A DNA stretch of 64,000 bases from Auanema rhodensis (lineage: Eukaryota; Animalia; Nematoda). Positions 1 to 12,100 of the stretch are shown here, in pieces. The stretch's first letter is position 1, and every line of letters starts with the position of its first letter. A model generated the notes under the pieces. That model saw only the letters and a program-made list of their open reading frames with translations. It ran no database searches and was not told where the DNA came from. The position numbers and the translations under genes were made by a program. The stretch lies in contig OZ059897.1 of NCBI GenBank assembly GCA_964057225.1, positions 21,700,001-21,764,000 on the forward strand. Reading direction: 5' to 3'.

Positions 1-176
1 GTTTTCAAAATTAGATTCCCCATGTCCATATTAGTCTAAAAACAAATTTTTATTGATATTGGTGCATGGTAACCATGACTTTGAAATTTACGTGAACTTT
101 AATTTATGCTAATTAAATGTACACGTGATGTGCACTTGGTATGTAACTCGCTTCACGTGAAAGATAAAGAGATGCG
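1..176 (+). repeat. Reference monomer M1 (consensus, G64 allele)
   Basis: 57/176 G+C counted; 5 CpG (91, 124, 149, 156, 175); the next copy starts at 177. Confidence 0.98.
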
Positions 177-3100
177 GTTTTCAAAATTAGATTCCCCATG
201 TCCATATTAGTCTAAAAACAAATTTTTATTGATATTGGTTCATGGTAACCATGACTTTGAAATTTACGTGAACTTTAATTTATGCTAATTGAATTTACAC
301 GTGATGTGCACTTGGTATGTAACTCGCTTCACGTGAAAGATAAAAAGATGTGGTTTTCAAAATTAGATTCCCCATGTCCATATTAGTCTAAAAACTAATT
401 TTTATTGATATTGGTTCATGGTAACCATGACTTTGAAATTTACGTGAACTTTAATTTATGCTAATTAAATGTACACGTGATGTGCACTTGGTATGTAACT
501 CGCTTCACGTGAAAGATAAAGAGATGCGGTTTTCAAAATTAGATTCCCCATGTCCATATTAGTCTAAAAACAAATTTTTATTGATATTGGTGCATGGTAA
601 CCATGACTTTGAAATTTACGTGAACTTTAATTTATGCTAATTAAATGTACACGTGATGTGCACTTGGTATGTAACTCGCTTCACGTGAAAGATAAAGAGA
701 TGCGGTTTTCAAAATTAGATTCCCCATGTCCATATTAGTCTAAAACCAAATTTTTATTGATATTGGTTCATGGTAACCATGACTTTGAAATTTACGTGAA
801 CTTTAATTTATGCTAATTAAATGTACACGTGATGTGCACTTGGTATGTAACTCGCTTCACGTGAAAGATGAAGAGATGCGGTTTTCAAAATTAGATTCCC
901 CATGTCCATATTAGTCTAAAAACAAATTTTTATTGATATTGGTTCATGGTAACCATGACTTTGAAATTTACGTGAACTTTAATTTATGCTAATTGAATTT
1001 ACACGTGATGTGCACTTGGTATGTAACTCGCTTCACGTGAAAGATAAAAAGATGTGGTTTTCAAAATTAGATTCCCCATGTCCATATTAGTCTAAAAACT
1101 AATTTTTATTGATATTGGTTCATGGTAACCATGACTTTGAAATTTACGTGAACTTTAATTTATGCTAATTAAATGTACACGTGATGTGCACTTGGTATGT
1201 AACTCGCTTCACGTGAAAGATAAAGAGATGCGGTTTTCAAAATTAGATTCCCCATGTCCATATTAGTCTAAAACCAAATTTTTATTGATATTGGTTCATG
1301 GTAACCATGACTTTGAAATTTACGTGAACTTTAATTTATGCTAATTAAATGTACACGTGATGTGCACTTGGTATGTAACTCGCTTCACGTGAAAGATAAA
1401 AAGATGTGGTTTTCAAAATTAGATTCCCCATGTCCATATTAGTCTAAAAACTAATTTTTATTGATATTGGTTCATGGTAACCATGACTTTGAAATTTACG
1501 TGAACTTTAATTTATGCTAATTAAATGTACACGTGATGTGCACTTGGTATGTAACTCGCTTCACGTGAAAGATAAAGAGATGCGGTTTTCAAAATTAGAT
1601 TCCCCATGTCCATATTAGTCTAAAAACAAATTTTTATTGATATTGGTGCATGGTAACCATGACTTTGAAATTTACGTGAACTTTAATTTATGCTAATTAA
1701 ATGTACACGTGATGTGCACTTGGTATGTAACTCGCTTCACGTGAAAGATAAAGAGATGCGGTTTTCAAAATTAGATTCCCCATGTCCATATTAGTCTAAA
1801 ACCAAATTTTTATTGATATTGGTTCATGGTAACCATGACTTTGAAATTTACGTGAACTTTAATTTATGCTAATTAAATGTACACGTGATGTGCACTTGGT
1901 ATGTAACTCGCTTCACGTGAAAGATGAAGAGATGCGGTTTTCAAAATTAGATTCCCCATGTCCATATTAGTCTAAAAACAAATTTTTATTGATATTGGTT
2001 CATGGTAACCATGACTTTGAAATTTACGTGAACTTTAATTTATGCTAATTAAATGTACACGTGATGTGCACTTGGTATGTAACTCGCTCCACGTGAAAGA
2101 TAAAGAGATGCGGTTTTCAAAATTTGATTCCCCATGTCCATATTAGTCTAAAAACAAATTTTTATTGATATTGGTTCATGGTAACCATGACTTTGAAATT
2201 TACGTGAACTTTAATTTATGCTAATTAAATGTACACGTGATGTGCACTTGGTATGTAACTCGCTTCACGTGAAAGATAAAGAGATGCGGTTTTTAAAATT
2301 AGATTCCCCATGTCCATATTAGTCTAAAAACAAATTTTTATTGATATTGGTGCATGGTAACCATGACTTTGAAATTTACGTGAACTTTAATTTATGCTAA
2401 TTAAATGTACACGTGATGTGCACTTGGTATGTAACTCGCTTCACGTGAAAGATAAAGAGATGCGGTTTTCAAAATTAGATTCCCCATCTCCATATTAGTC
2501 TAAAAACAAATTTTTATTGATATTGGTGCATGGTAACCATGACTTTGAAATTTACGTGAACTTTAATTTATGCTAATTAAATGTACACGTGATGTGCACT
2601 TGGTATGTAACTCGCTTCACGTGAAAGATAAAGAGATGCGGTTTTCAAAATTAGATTCCCCATGTCCATATTAGTCTAAAAACAAATTTTTATTGATATT
2701 GGTTCATGGTAACCATGACTTTGAATATTACGTGAACTTTAATTTATGCTAATTGAATGTACACGTGATGTGCACTTGGTATGTAACTCGCTTCACGTGA
2801 AAGATAAAGAGATGCGGTTTTCAAAATTAGATTCCCCATGTCCATATTAGTCTAAAAACAAATTTTTATTGATATTGGTTCATGGTAACCATGACTTTGA
2901 ATATTACGTGAACTTTAATTTATGCTAATTGAATGTACACGTGATGTGCACTTGGTATGTAACTCGCTTCACGTGAAAGATAAAGAGATGCGGTTTTCAA
3001 AATTAGATTCCCCATGTCCATATTAGTCTAAAAACAAATTTTTATTGATATTGGTTCATGGTAACCATGACTTTGAAATTTACGTGAACTTTAATTTATG

Positions 3101-4400
3101 CTAATTAAATGTACACGTGATGTGCACTTGGTATGTAACTCGCTTCACGTGAAAGATAAAGAGATGCGGTTTTCAAAATTAGATTCCCCATGTCCATATT
3201 AGTCTAAAAACAAATTTTTATTGATATTGGTGCATGGTAACCATGACTTTGAAATTTACGTGAACTTTAATTTATGCTAATTAAATGTACACGTGATGTG
3301 CACTTGGTATGTAACTCGCTTCACGTAAAAGATGAAGAGATGCGGTTTTCAAAATTAGATTCCCCATGTCCATATTAGTCTAAAAACAAATTTTTATTGA
3401 TATTGGTGCATGGTAACCATGACTTTGAAATTTACGTGAACTTTAATTTATGCTAATTAAATGTACACGTGATGTGCACTTGGTATGTAACTTGCTTCAC
3501 GTGAAAGATCAAGAGATGCGGTTTTCAAAATTAGATTCCCCATGTCCATATTAGTCTAAAAACAAATTTTTATTGATATTGGTGCATGGTAACCATGACT
3601 TTGAAATTTACGTGAACTTTAATTTATGCTAATTAAATGTACACGTGATGTGCACTTGGTATGTAACTCGCTTCACGTAAAAGATAAAGAGATTCGGTTC
3701 TCAAAATTAGATTCCCCATGTCCATATTAGTCTAAAAACAAATTTTTATTGATATTGGTGCATGGTAACCATGACTTTGAAATTTACGTGAACTTTAATT
3801 TATGCTAATTAAATGTACACGTGATGTGCACTTGGTATGTAACTCGCTTCACGTAAAAAATAAAGAGATGCGGTTTTCAAAATTAGATTCCCCATGTCCA
3901 TATTAGTCTAAAAACAAATTTTTATTGATATTGGTTCATGGTAACCATGACTTTGAAATTTACGTGAACTTTAATTTATGCTAATTAAATGTACACGTGA
4001 TGTGCACTTGGTATGTAACTCGCTTCACGTGAAAGATAAAGAGATTCGGTTTTCAAAATTAGATTCTCCATGTCCATATTAGTCTAAAAACAAATTTTTA
4101 TTGATATTGGTGCATGGTAACCATGACTTTGAAATTTACGTGAACTTTAATTTATGCTAATTAAATGTACACGTGATGTGCACTTGGTATGTAACTCGCT
4201 TCACGTAAAAAATAAAGAGATGCGGTTTTCAAAATTAGATTCCCCATGTCCATATTAGTTTAAAAACAAATTTTTATTGATATTGGTTCATGGTAACCAT
4301 GACTTTGAAATTTACGTGAACTTTAATTTATGCTAATTAAATGTACACGTGATGTGCACTTGGTATGTAACTCGCTTCACGTGAAAGATAAAGAGATGCG

Positions 4401-6160
4401 GTTTTTAAAATTAGATTCCCCATGTCCATATTAGTCTAAAAACAAATTTTTATTGATATTGGTGCATGGTAACCATGACTTTGAAATTTACGTGAACTTT
4501 AATTTATGCTAATTAAATGTACACGTGATGTGCACTTGGTATGTAACTCGCTTCACGTAAAAGATGAAGAGATGCGGTTTTCAAAATTAGATTCCCCATG
4601 TCCATATTAGTCTAAAAACAAATTTTTATTGATATTGGTGCATGGTAACCATGACTTTGAAATTTACGTGAACTTTAATTTATGCTAATTAAATGTACAC
4701 GTGATGTGCACTTGGTATGTAACTCGCTTCACGTGAAAGATAAAGAGATGCGGTTTTCAAAATTAGATTCCCCATGTCCATATTAGTCTAAAAACAAATT
4801 TTTATTGATATTGGTGCATGGTAACCATGACTTTGAAATTTACGTGAACTTTAATTTATGCTAATTAAATGTACACGTGATGTGCACTTGGTATGTAACT
4901 CGCTTCACGTGAAAGATAAAGAGATGCGGTTTTCAAAGTTAGATTCCCCATGTCCATATTAGTCTAAAAACAAATTTTTATTGATATTGGTTCATGGTAA
5001 CCATGACTTTGAATATTACGTGAACTTTAATTTATGCTAATTGAATGTACACGTGATGTGCACTTGGTATGTAACTCGCTTCACGTGAAAGATAAAGAGA
5101 TGCGGTTTTCAAAATTAGATTCCCCATGTCCATATTAGTCTAAAAACAAATTTTTATTGATATTGCTTCATGGTAACCATGACTTTGAAATTTACGTGAA
5201 CTTTAATTTATGCTAATTAAATGTACACGTGATGTGCACTTGGTATGTAACTCGCTTCACGTGAAAGATAAAGAGATGCGGTTTTTAAAATTAGATTCCC
5301 CATGTCCATATTAGTCTAAAAACAAATTTTTATTGATATTGGTGCATGGTAACCATGACTTTGAAATTTACGTGAACTTTAATTTATGCTAATTAAATGT
5401 ACACGTGATGTGCACTTGGTATGTAACTCGCTTCACGTAAAAGATGAAGAGATGCGGTTTTCAAAATTAGATTCCCCATGTCCATATTAGTCTAAAAACA
5501 AATTTTTATTGATATTGGTGCATGGTAACCATGACTTTGAAATTTACGTGAACTTTAATTTATGCTAATTAAATGTACACGTGATGTGCACTTGGTATGT
5601 AACTCGCTTCACGTGAAAGATAAAGAGATGCGGTTTTCAAAATTAGATTCCCCATGTCCATATTAGTCTAAAAACAAATTTTTATTGATATTGGTGCATG
5701 GTAACCATGACTTTGAAATTTACGTGAACTTTAATTTATGCTAATTAAATGTACACGTGATGTGCACTTGGTATGTAACTCGCTTCACGTGAAAGATAAA
5801 GAGATGCGGTTTTCAAAGTTAGATTCCCCATGTCCATATTAGTCTAAAAACAAATTTTTATTGATATTGGTTCATGGTAACCATGACTTTGAATATTACG
5901 TGAACTTTAATTTATGCTAATTGAATGTACACGTGATGTGCACTTGGTATGTAACTCGCTTCACGTGAAAGATAAAGAGATGCGGTTTTCAAAATTAGAT
6001 TCCCCATGTCCATATTAGTCTAAAAACAAATTTTTATTGATATTGCTTCATGGTAACCATGACTTTGAAATTTACGTGAACTTTAATTTATGCTAATTAA
6101 ATGTACACGTGATGTGCACTTGGTATGTAACTCGCTTCACGTGAAAGATCAAGAGATGCG
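4401..6160 (+). repeat. Tandem duplication of a 5-monomer (880-bp) unit
   Basis: M26-30 and M31-35 share the ordered markers TTTTTAAAA+CGTAAAAGATGAAG / G / G / CAAAGTTAG+GAATATTA / TATTGCTTC. Confidence 0.9.
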
Positions 6161-9100
6161 GTTTTAAAAATTAGATTCCCCATGTCCATATTAGTCTAAA
6201 AACAAATTTTTATTGATATTGGTGCATGGTAACCATGACTTTGAAATTTACGTGAACTTTAATTTATGCTAATTAAATGTACACGTGATGTGCACTTGGT
6301 ATGTAACTCGCTTCACGTGAAAGATAAAGAGATTTGGTTTTCAAAATTAGATTCCCCATGTCCATATTAGTCTAAAAACAAATTTTTATTGATATTGGTG
6401 CATGGTAACCATGACTTTGAAATTTACGTGAACTTTAATTTATGCTAATTAAATGTACACGTGATGTGCACTTGGTATGTAACTCGCTTCACGTAAAAAA
6501 TAAAGAGATGCGGTTTTCAAAAATAGATTCCCCATGTCCATATTAGTCTAAAAACAAATTTTTATTGATATTGGTTCATGGTAACCATGACTTTGAAATT
6601 TACGTGAACTTTAATTTATGCTAATTAAATGTACACGTGATGTGCACTTGGTATGTAACTCACTTCACGTGAAAGATAAAGAGATTCGGTTTTCGAAATT
6701 AGATTCCCCATGTCCATATTAGTCTAAAAACAAATTTTTATTGATATTGGTTCATGGTAACCATGACTTTGAATATTACGTGAACGTTAATTTATGCTAA
6801 TTGAATGTACACGTGATGTGCACTTGGTATGTAACTCGCTTCACGTGAAAGATGAAGAGATGCGGTTTTTAAAATTAGATTCCCCATGTCCATATTAGTC
6901 TAAAAACAAATTTTTATTGATATTGGTTCATGGTAACCATGACTTTGAAATTTACGTGAACTTTAATTTATGCTAATTAAATGTACACGTGATGTGCACT
7001 TGGTATGTAACTCGCTTCACGTGAAAGATAAAGAGATGCGGTTTTCAAAATTAGATTCCCCATGTCCATATTAGTCTAAAAACAAATTTTTATTGATATT
7101 GGTTCATGGTAACCATGACTTTGAAATTTACGTGAACTTTAATTTATGCTAATTAAATGTACACGTGATGTGCACTTGGTATGTAACTCGCTTCACGTGA
7201 AAGATAAAGAGATGCGGTTTTCAAAATTAGATTCCCCATGTCCATATTAGTCTAAAAACAAATTTTTATTGATATTGGTGCATGGTAACCATGACTTTGA
7301 AATTTACGTGAACTTTAATTTATGCTAATTAAATGTACACGTGATGTGCACTTGGTATGTAACTCGCTTCACGTAAAAGATGAAGAGATGCGGTTTTCAA
7401 AATTAGATTCCCCATGTCCATATTAGTCTAAAAACAAATTTTTATTGATATTGGTGCATGGTAACCATGACTTTGAAATTTACGTGAACTTTAATTTATG
7501 CTAATTAAATGTACACGTGATGTGCACTTGGTATGTAACTCGCTTCACGTGAAAGATCAAGAGATGCGGTTTTCAAAATTAGATTCCCCATGTCCATATT
7601 AGTCTAAAAACAAATTTTTATTGATATTGGTGCATGGTAACCATGACTTTGAAATTTACGTGAACTTTAATTTATGCTAATTAATTGTACACGTGATGTG
7701 CACTTGGTATGTAACTCGCTTCACGTGAAAGATAAAGAGATTCGGTTTTCAAAATTAGATTCCCCATGTCCATATTAGTCTAAAAACAAATTTTTATTGA
7801 TATTGGTGCATGGTAACCATGACTTTGAAATTTACGTGAACTTTAATTTATGCTAATTAAATGTACACGTGATGTGCACTTGGTATGTAACTCGCTTCAC
7901 GTAAAAAATAAAGAGATGCGGTTTTCAAAATTAGATTCCCCATGTCCATATTAGTCTAAAAACAAATTTTTATTGATATTGGTTCATGGTAACCATGACT
8001 TTGAAATTTACGTGAACTTTAATTTATGCTAATTAAATGTACACGTGATGTGCACTTGGTATGTAACTCGCTTCACGTGAAAGATAAAGAGATTCGGTTT
8101 TCGAAATTAGATTCCCCATGTCCATATTAGTCTAAAAACAAATTTTTATTGATATTGGTTCATGGTAACCATGACTTTGAATATTACGTGAACGTTAATT
8201 TATGCTAATTGAATGTACACGTGATGTGCACTTGGTATGTAACTCGCTTCACGTGAAAGATAAAGAGATGCGGTTTTCAAAATTAGATTCCCCATGTCCA
8301 TATTAGTCTAAAAACAAATTTTTATTGATATTGGTTCATGGTAACCATGACTTTGAAATTTACGTGAACTTTGATTTATGCTAATTAAATGTACACGTGA
8401 TGTGCACTTGGTATGTAACTCGCTTCACGTGAAAGATCAAGAGATGCGGTTTTCAAAATTAGATTCCCCATGTCCATATTAGTCTAAAAACAAATTTTTA
8501 TTGATATTGGTGCATGGTAACCATGACTTTGAAATTTACGTGAACTTTAATTTATGCTAATTAAATGTACACGTGATGTGCACTTGGTATGTAACTCGCT
8601 TCACGTGAAAGATAAAGAGATTCGGTTTTCAAAATTAGATTCCCCATGTCCATATTAGTCTAAAAACAAATTTTTATTGATATTGGTGCATGGTAACCAT
8701 GACTTTGAAATTTACGTGAACTTTAATTTATGCTAATTAAATGTACACGTGATGTGCACTTGGTATGTAACTCGCTTCACGTAAAAGATGAAGAGATGCG
8801 GTTTTCAAAATTAGATTCCCCATGTCCATATTAGTCTAAAAACAAGTTTTTATTGATATTGGTGCATGGTAACCATGACTTTGAAATTTACGTGAACTTT
8901 AATTTATGCTAATTAAATGTACACGTGATGTGCACTTGGTATGTAACTCGCTTCACGTGAAAGATCAAGAGATGCGGTTTTCAAAATTAGATTCCCCATG
9001 TCCATATTAGTCTAAAAACAAATTTTTATTGATATTGGTGCATGGTAACCATGACTTTGAAATTTACGTGAACTTTAATTTATGCTAATTAAATGTACAC

Positions 9101-12100
9101 GTGATGTGCACTTGGTATGTAACTCGCTTCACGTGAAAGATAAAGAGATTCGGTTTTCAAAATTAGATTCCCCATGTCCATATTAGTCTAAAAACAAATT
9201 TTTATTGATATTGGTGCATGGTAACCATGACTTTGAAATTTACGTGAACTTTAATTTATGCTAATTAAATGTACACGTGATGTGCACTTGGTATGTAACT
9301 CGCTTCACGTAAAAAATAAAGAGATGCGGTTTTCAAAATTAGATTCCCCATGTCCATATTAGTCTAAAAACAAATTTTTATTGATATTGGTTCCTGGTAA
9401 CCATGACTTTGAAATTTACGTGAACTTTAATTTATGCTAATTAAATGTACACGTGATGTGCACTTGGTATGTAACTCGCTTCACGTGAAAGATAAAGAGA
9501 TGCGGTTTTCAAAATTAGATTCCCCATGTTCATATTAGTCTAAAAACAAATTTTTATTGATATTGGTTCATGGTAACCATGACTTTGAATATTACGTGAA
9601 CTTTAATTTATGCTAATTGAATGTACACGTGATGTGCACTTGGTATGTAACTCGCTTCACGTGAAAGATAAAGAGATGCGGTTTTCAAAATTAGATTCCC
9701 CATGTCCATATTAGTCTAAAAACAAATTTTTATTGATATTGGTTCATGGTAACCATGACTTTGAAATTTACGTGAACTTTAATTTATGCTAATTAAATGT
9801 ACACGTGATGTGCACTTGGTATGTAACTCGCTTCACGTAAAAGATGAAGAGATGCGGTTTTCAAAATTAGATTCCCCATGTCCATATTAGTCTAAAAACA
9901 AATTTTTATTGATATTAGTGCATGGTAACCATGACTTTGAAATTTACGTGAACTTTAATTTATGCTAATTAAATGTACACGTGATGTGCACTTGGTATGT
10001 AACTCGCTTCACGTGAAAGATAAAGAGATGCGGTTTTCAAAATTAGATTCCCCATGTCCATATTAGTTTAAAAACAAATTTTTATTGATATTGGTTCATG
10101 GTAACCATGACTTTGAAATTTACGTGAACTTTAATTTATGCTAATTAAATGTACACGTGATGTGCACTTGGTATGTAACTCGCTTCACGTGAAAGATAAA
10201 GAGATGCGGTTTTCAAAATTAGATTCCCCATGTCCATATTAGTCTAAAAACAAATTTTTATTGATATTGGTGCATGGTAACCATGACTTTGAAATTTACG
10301 TGAACTTTAATTTATGCTAATTAAATGTACACGTGATGTGCACTTGGTATGGAACTCGCTTCACGTAAAAGATAAAGAGATGCGGTTTTCAAAAATAGAT
10401 TCCCCATGTCCATATTAGTCTAAAAACAAATTTTTATTGATATTGGTTCATGGTAACCATGACTTTGAAATTTACGTGAACTTTAATTTATGCTAATTAA
10501 ATGTACACGTGATGTGCACTTGGTATGTAACTCGCTTCACGTGAAAGATGAAGAGATGCGGTTTTCAAAATTAGATTCCCCATGTCCATATTAGTCTAAA
10601 AACAAATTTTTATTGATATTGGTGCATGGTAACCATGACTTTGAAATTTACGTGAACTTTAATTTATGCTAATTAAATGTACACGTGATGTGCACTTGGT
10701 ATGTAACTCGCTTCACGTGAAAGATAAAGAGATGCGGTTTTCAAAATTAGATTCCCCATGTCCATATTAGTCTAAAAACAAATTTTTATCGATATTGGTT
10801 CATGGTAACCATGACTTTGAAATTTACGTGAACTTTAATTTATGCTAATTAAATGTACACGTGATGTGCACTTGGTATGTAACTCGCTTCACGTGAAAGA
10901 TAAAGAGATGCGGTTTTCAAAATTAGATTCCCCATGTCCATATTAGTCTAAAAACAAATTTTTATTGATATTGGTTCATGGTAACCATGACTTTGAAATT
11001 TACGTGAACTTTAATTTATGCTAATTAAATGTACACGTGATGTGCACTTGGTATGTAACTCGCTTCACGTGAAAGATGAAGAGATGCGGTTTTCAAAATT
11101 AGATTCCCCATGTCCATATTAGTCTAAAAACAAATTTTTATTGATATTGGTTCATGGTAACCATGACTTTGAAATTTACGTGAACTTTAATTTATGCTAA
11201 TTAAATGTACACGTGATGTGCACTTGGTATGTAACTCGCTTCACGTGAAAGATAAAGAGATGCGGTTTTCAAAATTAGATTCCCCATGTCCATATTAGTT
11301 TAAAAACAAATTTTTATTGATATTGGTTCATGGTAACCATGACTTTGAAATTTACGTGAACTTTAATTTATGCTAATTAAATGTACACGTGATGTGCACT
11401 TGGTATGTAACTCGCTTCACGTGAAAGATAAAGAGATGCGGTTTTTAAAATTAGATTCCCCATGTCCATATTAGTCTAAAAACAAATTTTTATTGATATT
11501 GGTGCATGGTAACCATGACTTTGAAATTTACGTGAACTTAAATTTATGCTAATTAAATGTACACGTGATGTGCACTTGGTATGTAACTCGCTTCACGTGA
11601 AAGATAAAGAGATGCGGTTTTCAAAATTAGATTCCCCATGTCCATATTAGTCTAAAAACAAATTTTTATTGATATTGGTTCATGGTAACCATGACTTTGA
11701 AATTTACGTGAACTTTAATTTATGCTAATTAAATGTACACGTGATGTGCACTTGGTATGTAACTCGCTTCACGTGAAAGATAAAGAGATTCGGTTTTCAA
11801 AATTAGATTCCCCATGTCCATATTAGTCTAAAAACAAATTTTTATTGATATTGGTGCATGGTAACCATGACTTTGAAATTTACGTGAACTTAAATTTATG
11901 CTAATTAAATGTACACGTGATGTGCACTTGGTATGTAACTCGCTTCACGTGAAAGATGAAGAGATGCGGTTTTCAAAATTAGATTCCCCATGTCCATATT
12001 AGTCTAAAAACAAATTTTTATTGATATTGGTTCATGGTAACCATGACTTTGAAATTTACGTGAACTTTAATTTATGCTAATTAAATGTACACGTGATGTG

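Noticed and set aside
22-34. ATGTCCATATTAG matches 13 bp of the c-fos serum response element
   Set aside because: The CArG box needs CC(A/T)6GG and here reads CCATATTAGT; the other dyad arm is absent. Most likely coincidence.
1-176. Known ~170-180-bp satellites (Brassica CentBr, Arabidopsis CEN178, primate alpha satellite, honeybee AluI repeat)
   Set aside because: Similar length only. I recognise no sequence similarity, and the monomer lacks AAGCTT and AGCT sites. A database search is needed for the true family.
145-176. CENP-B box
   Set aside because: No match to NTTCGNNNNANNCGGGN on either strand.
1-176. Tandem 5S rRNA, tRNA, snRNA or spliced-leader gene array
   Set aside because: No recognisable conserved RNA gene sequence, Pol III A/B/C boxes or cloverleaf in the monomer.
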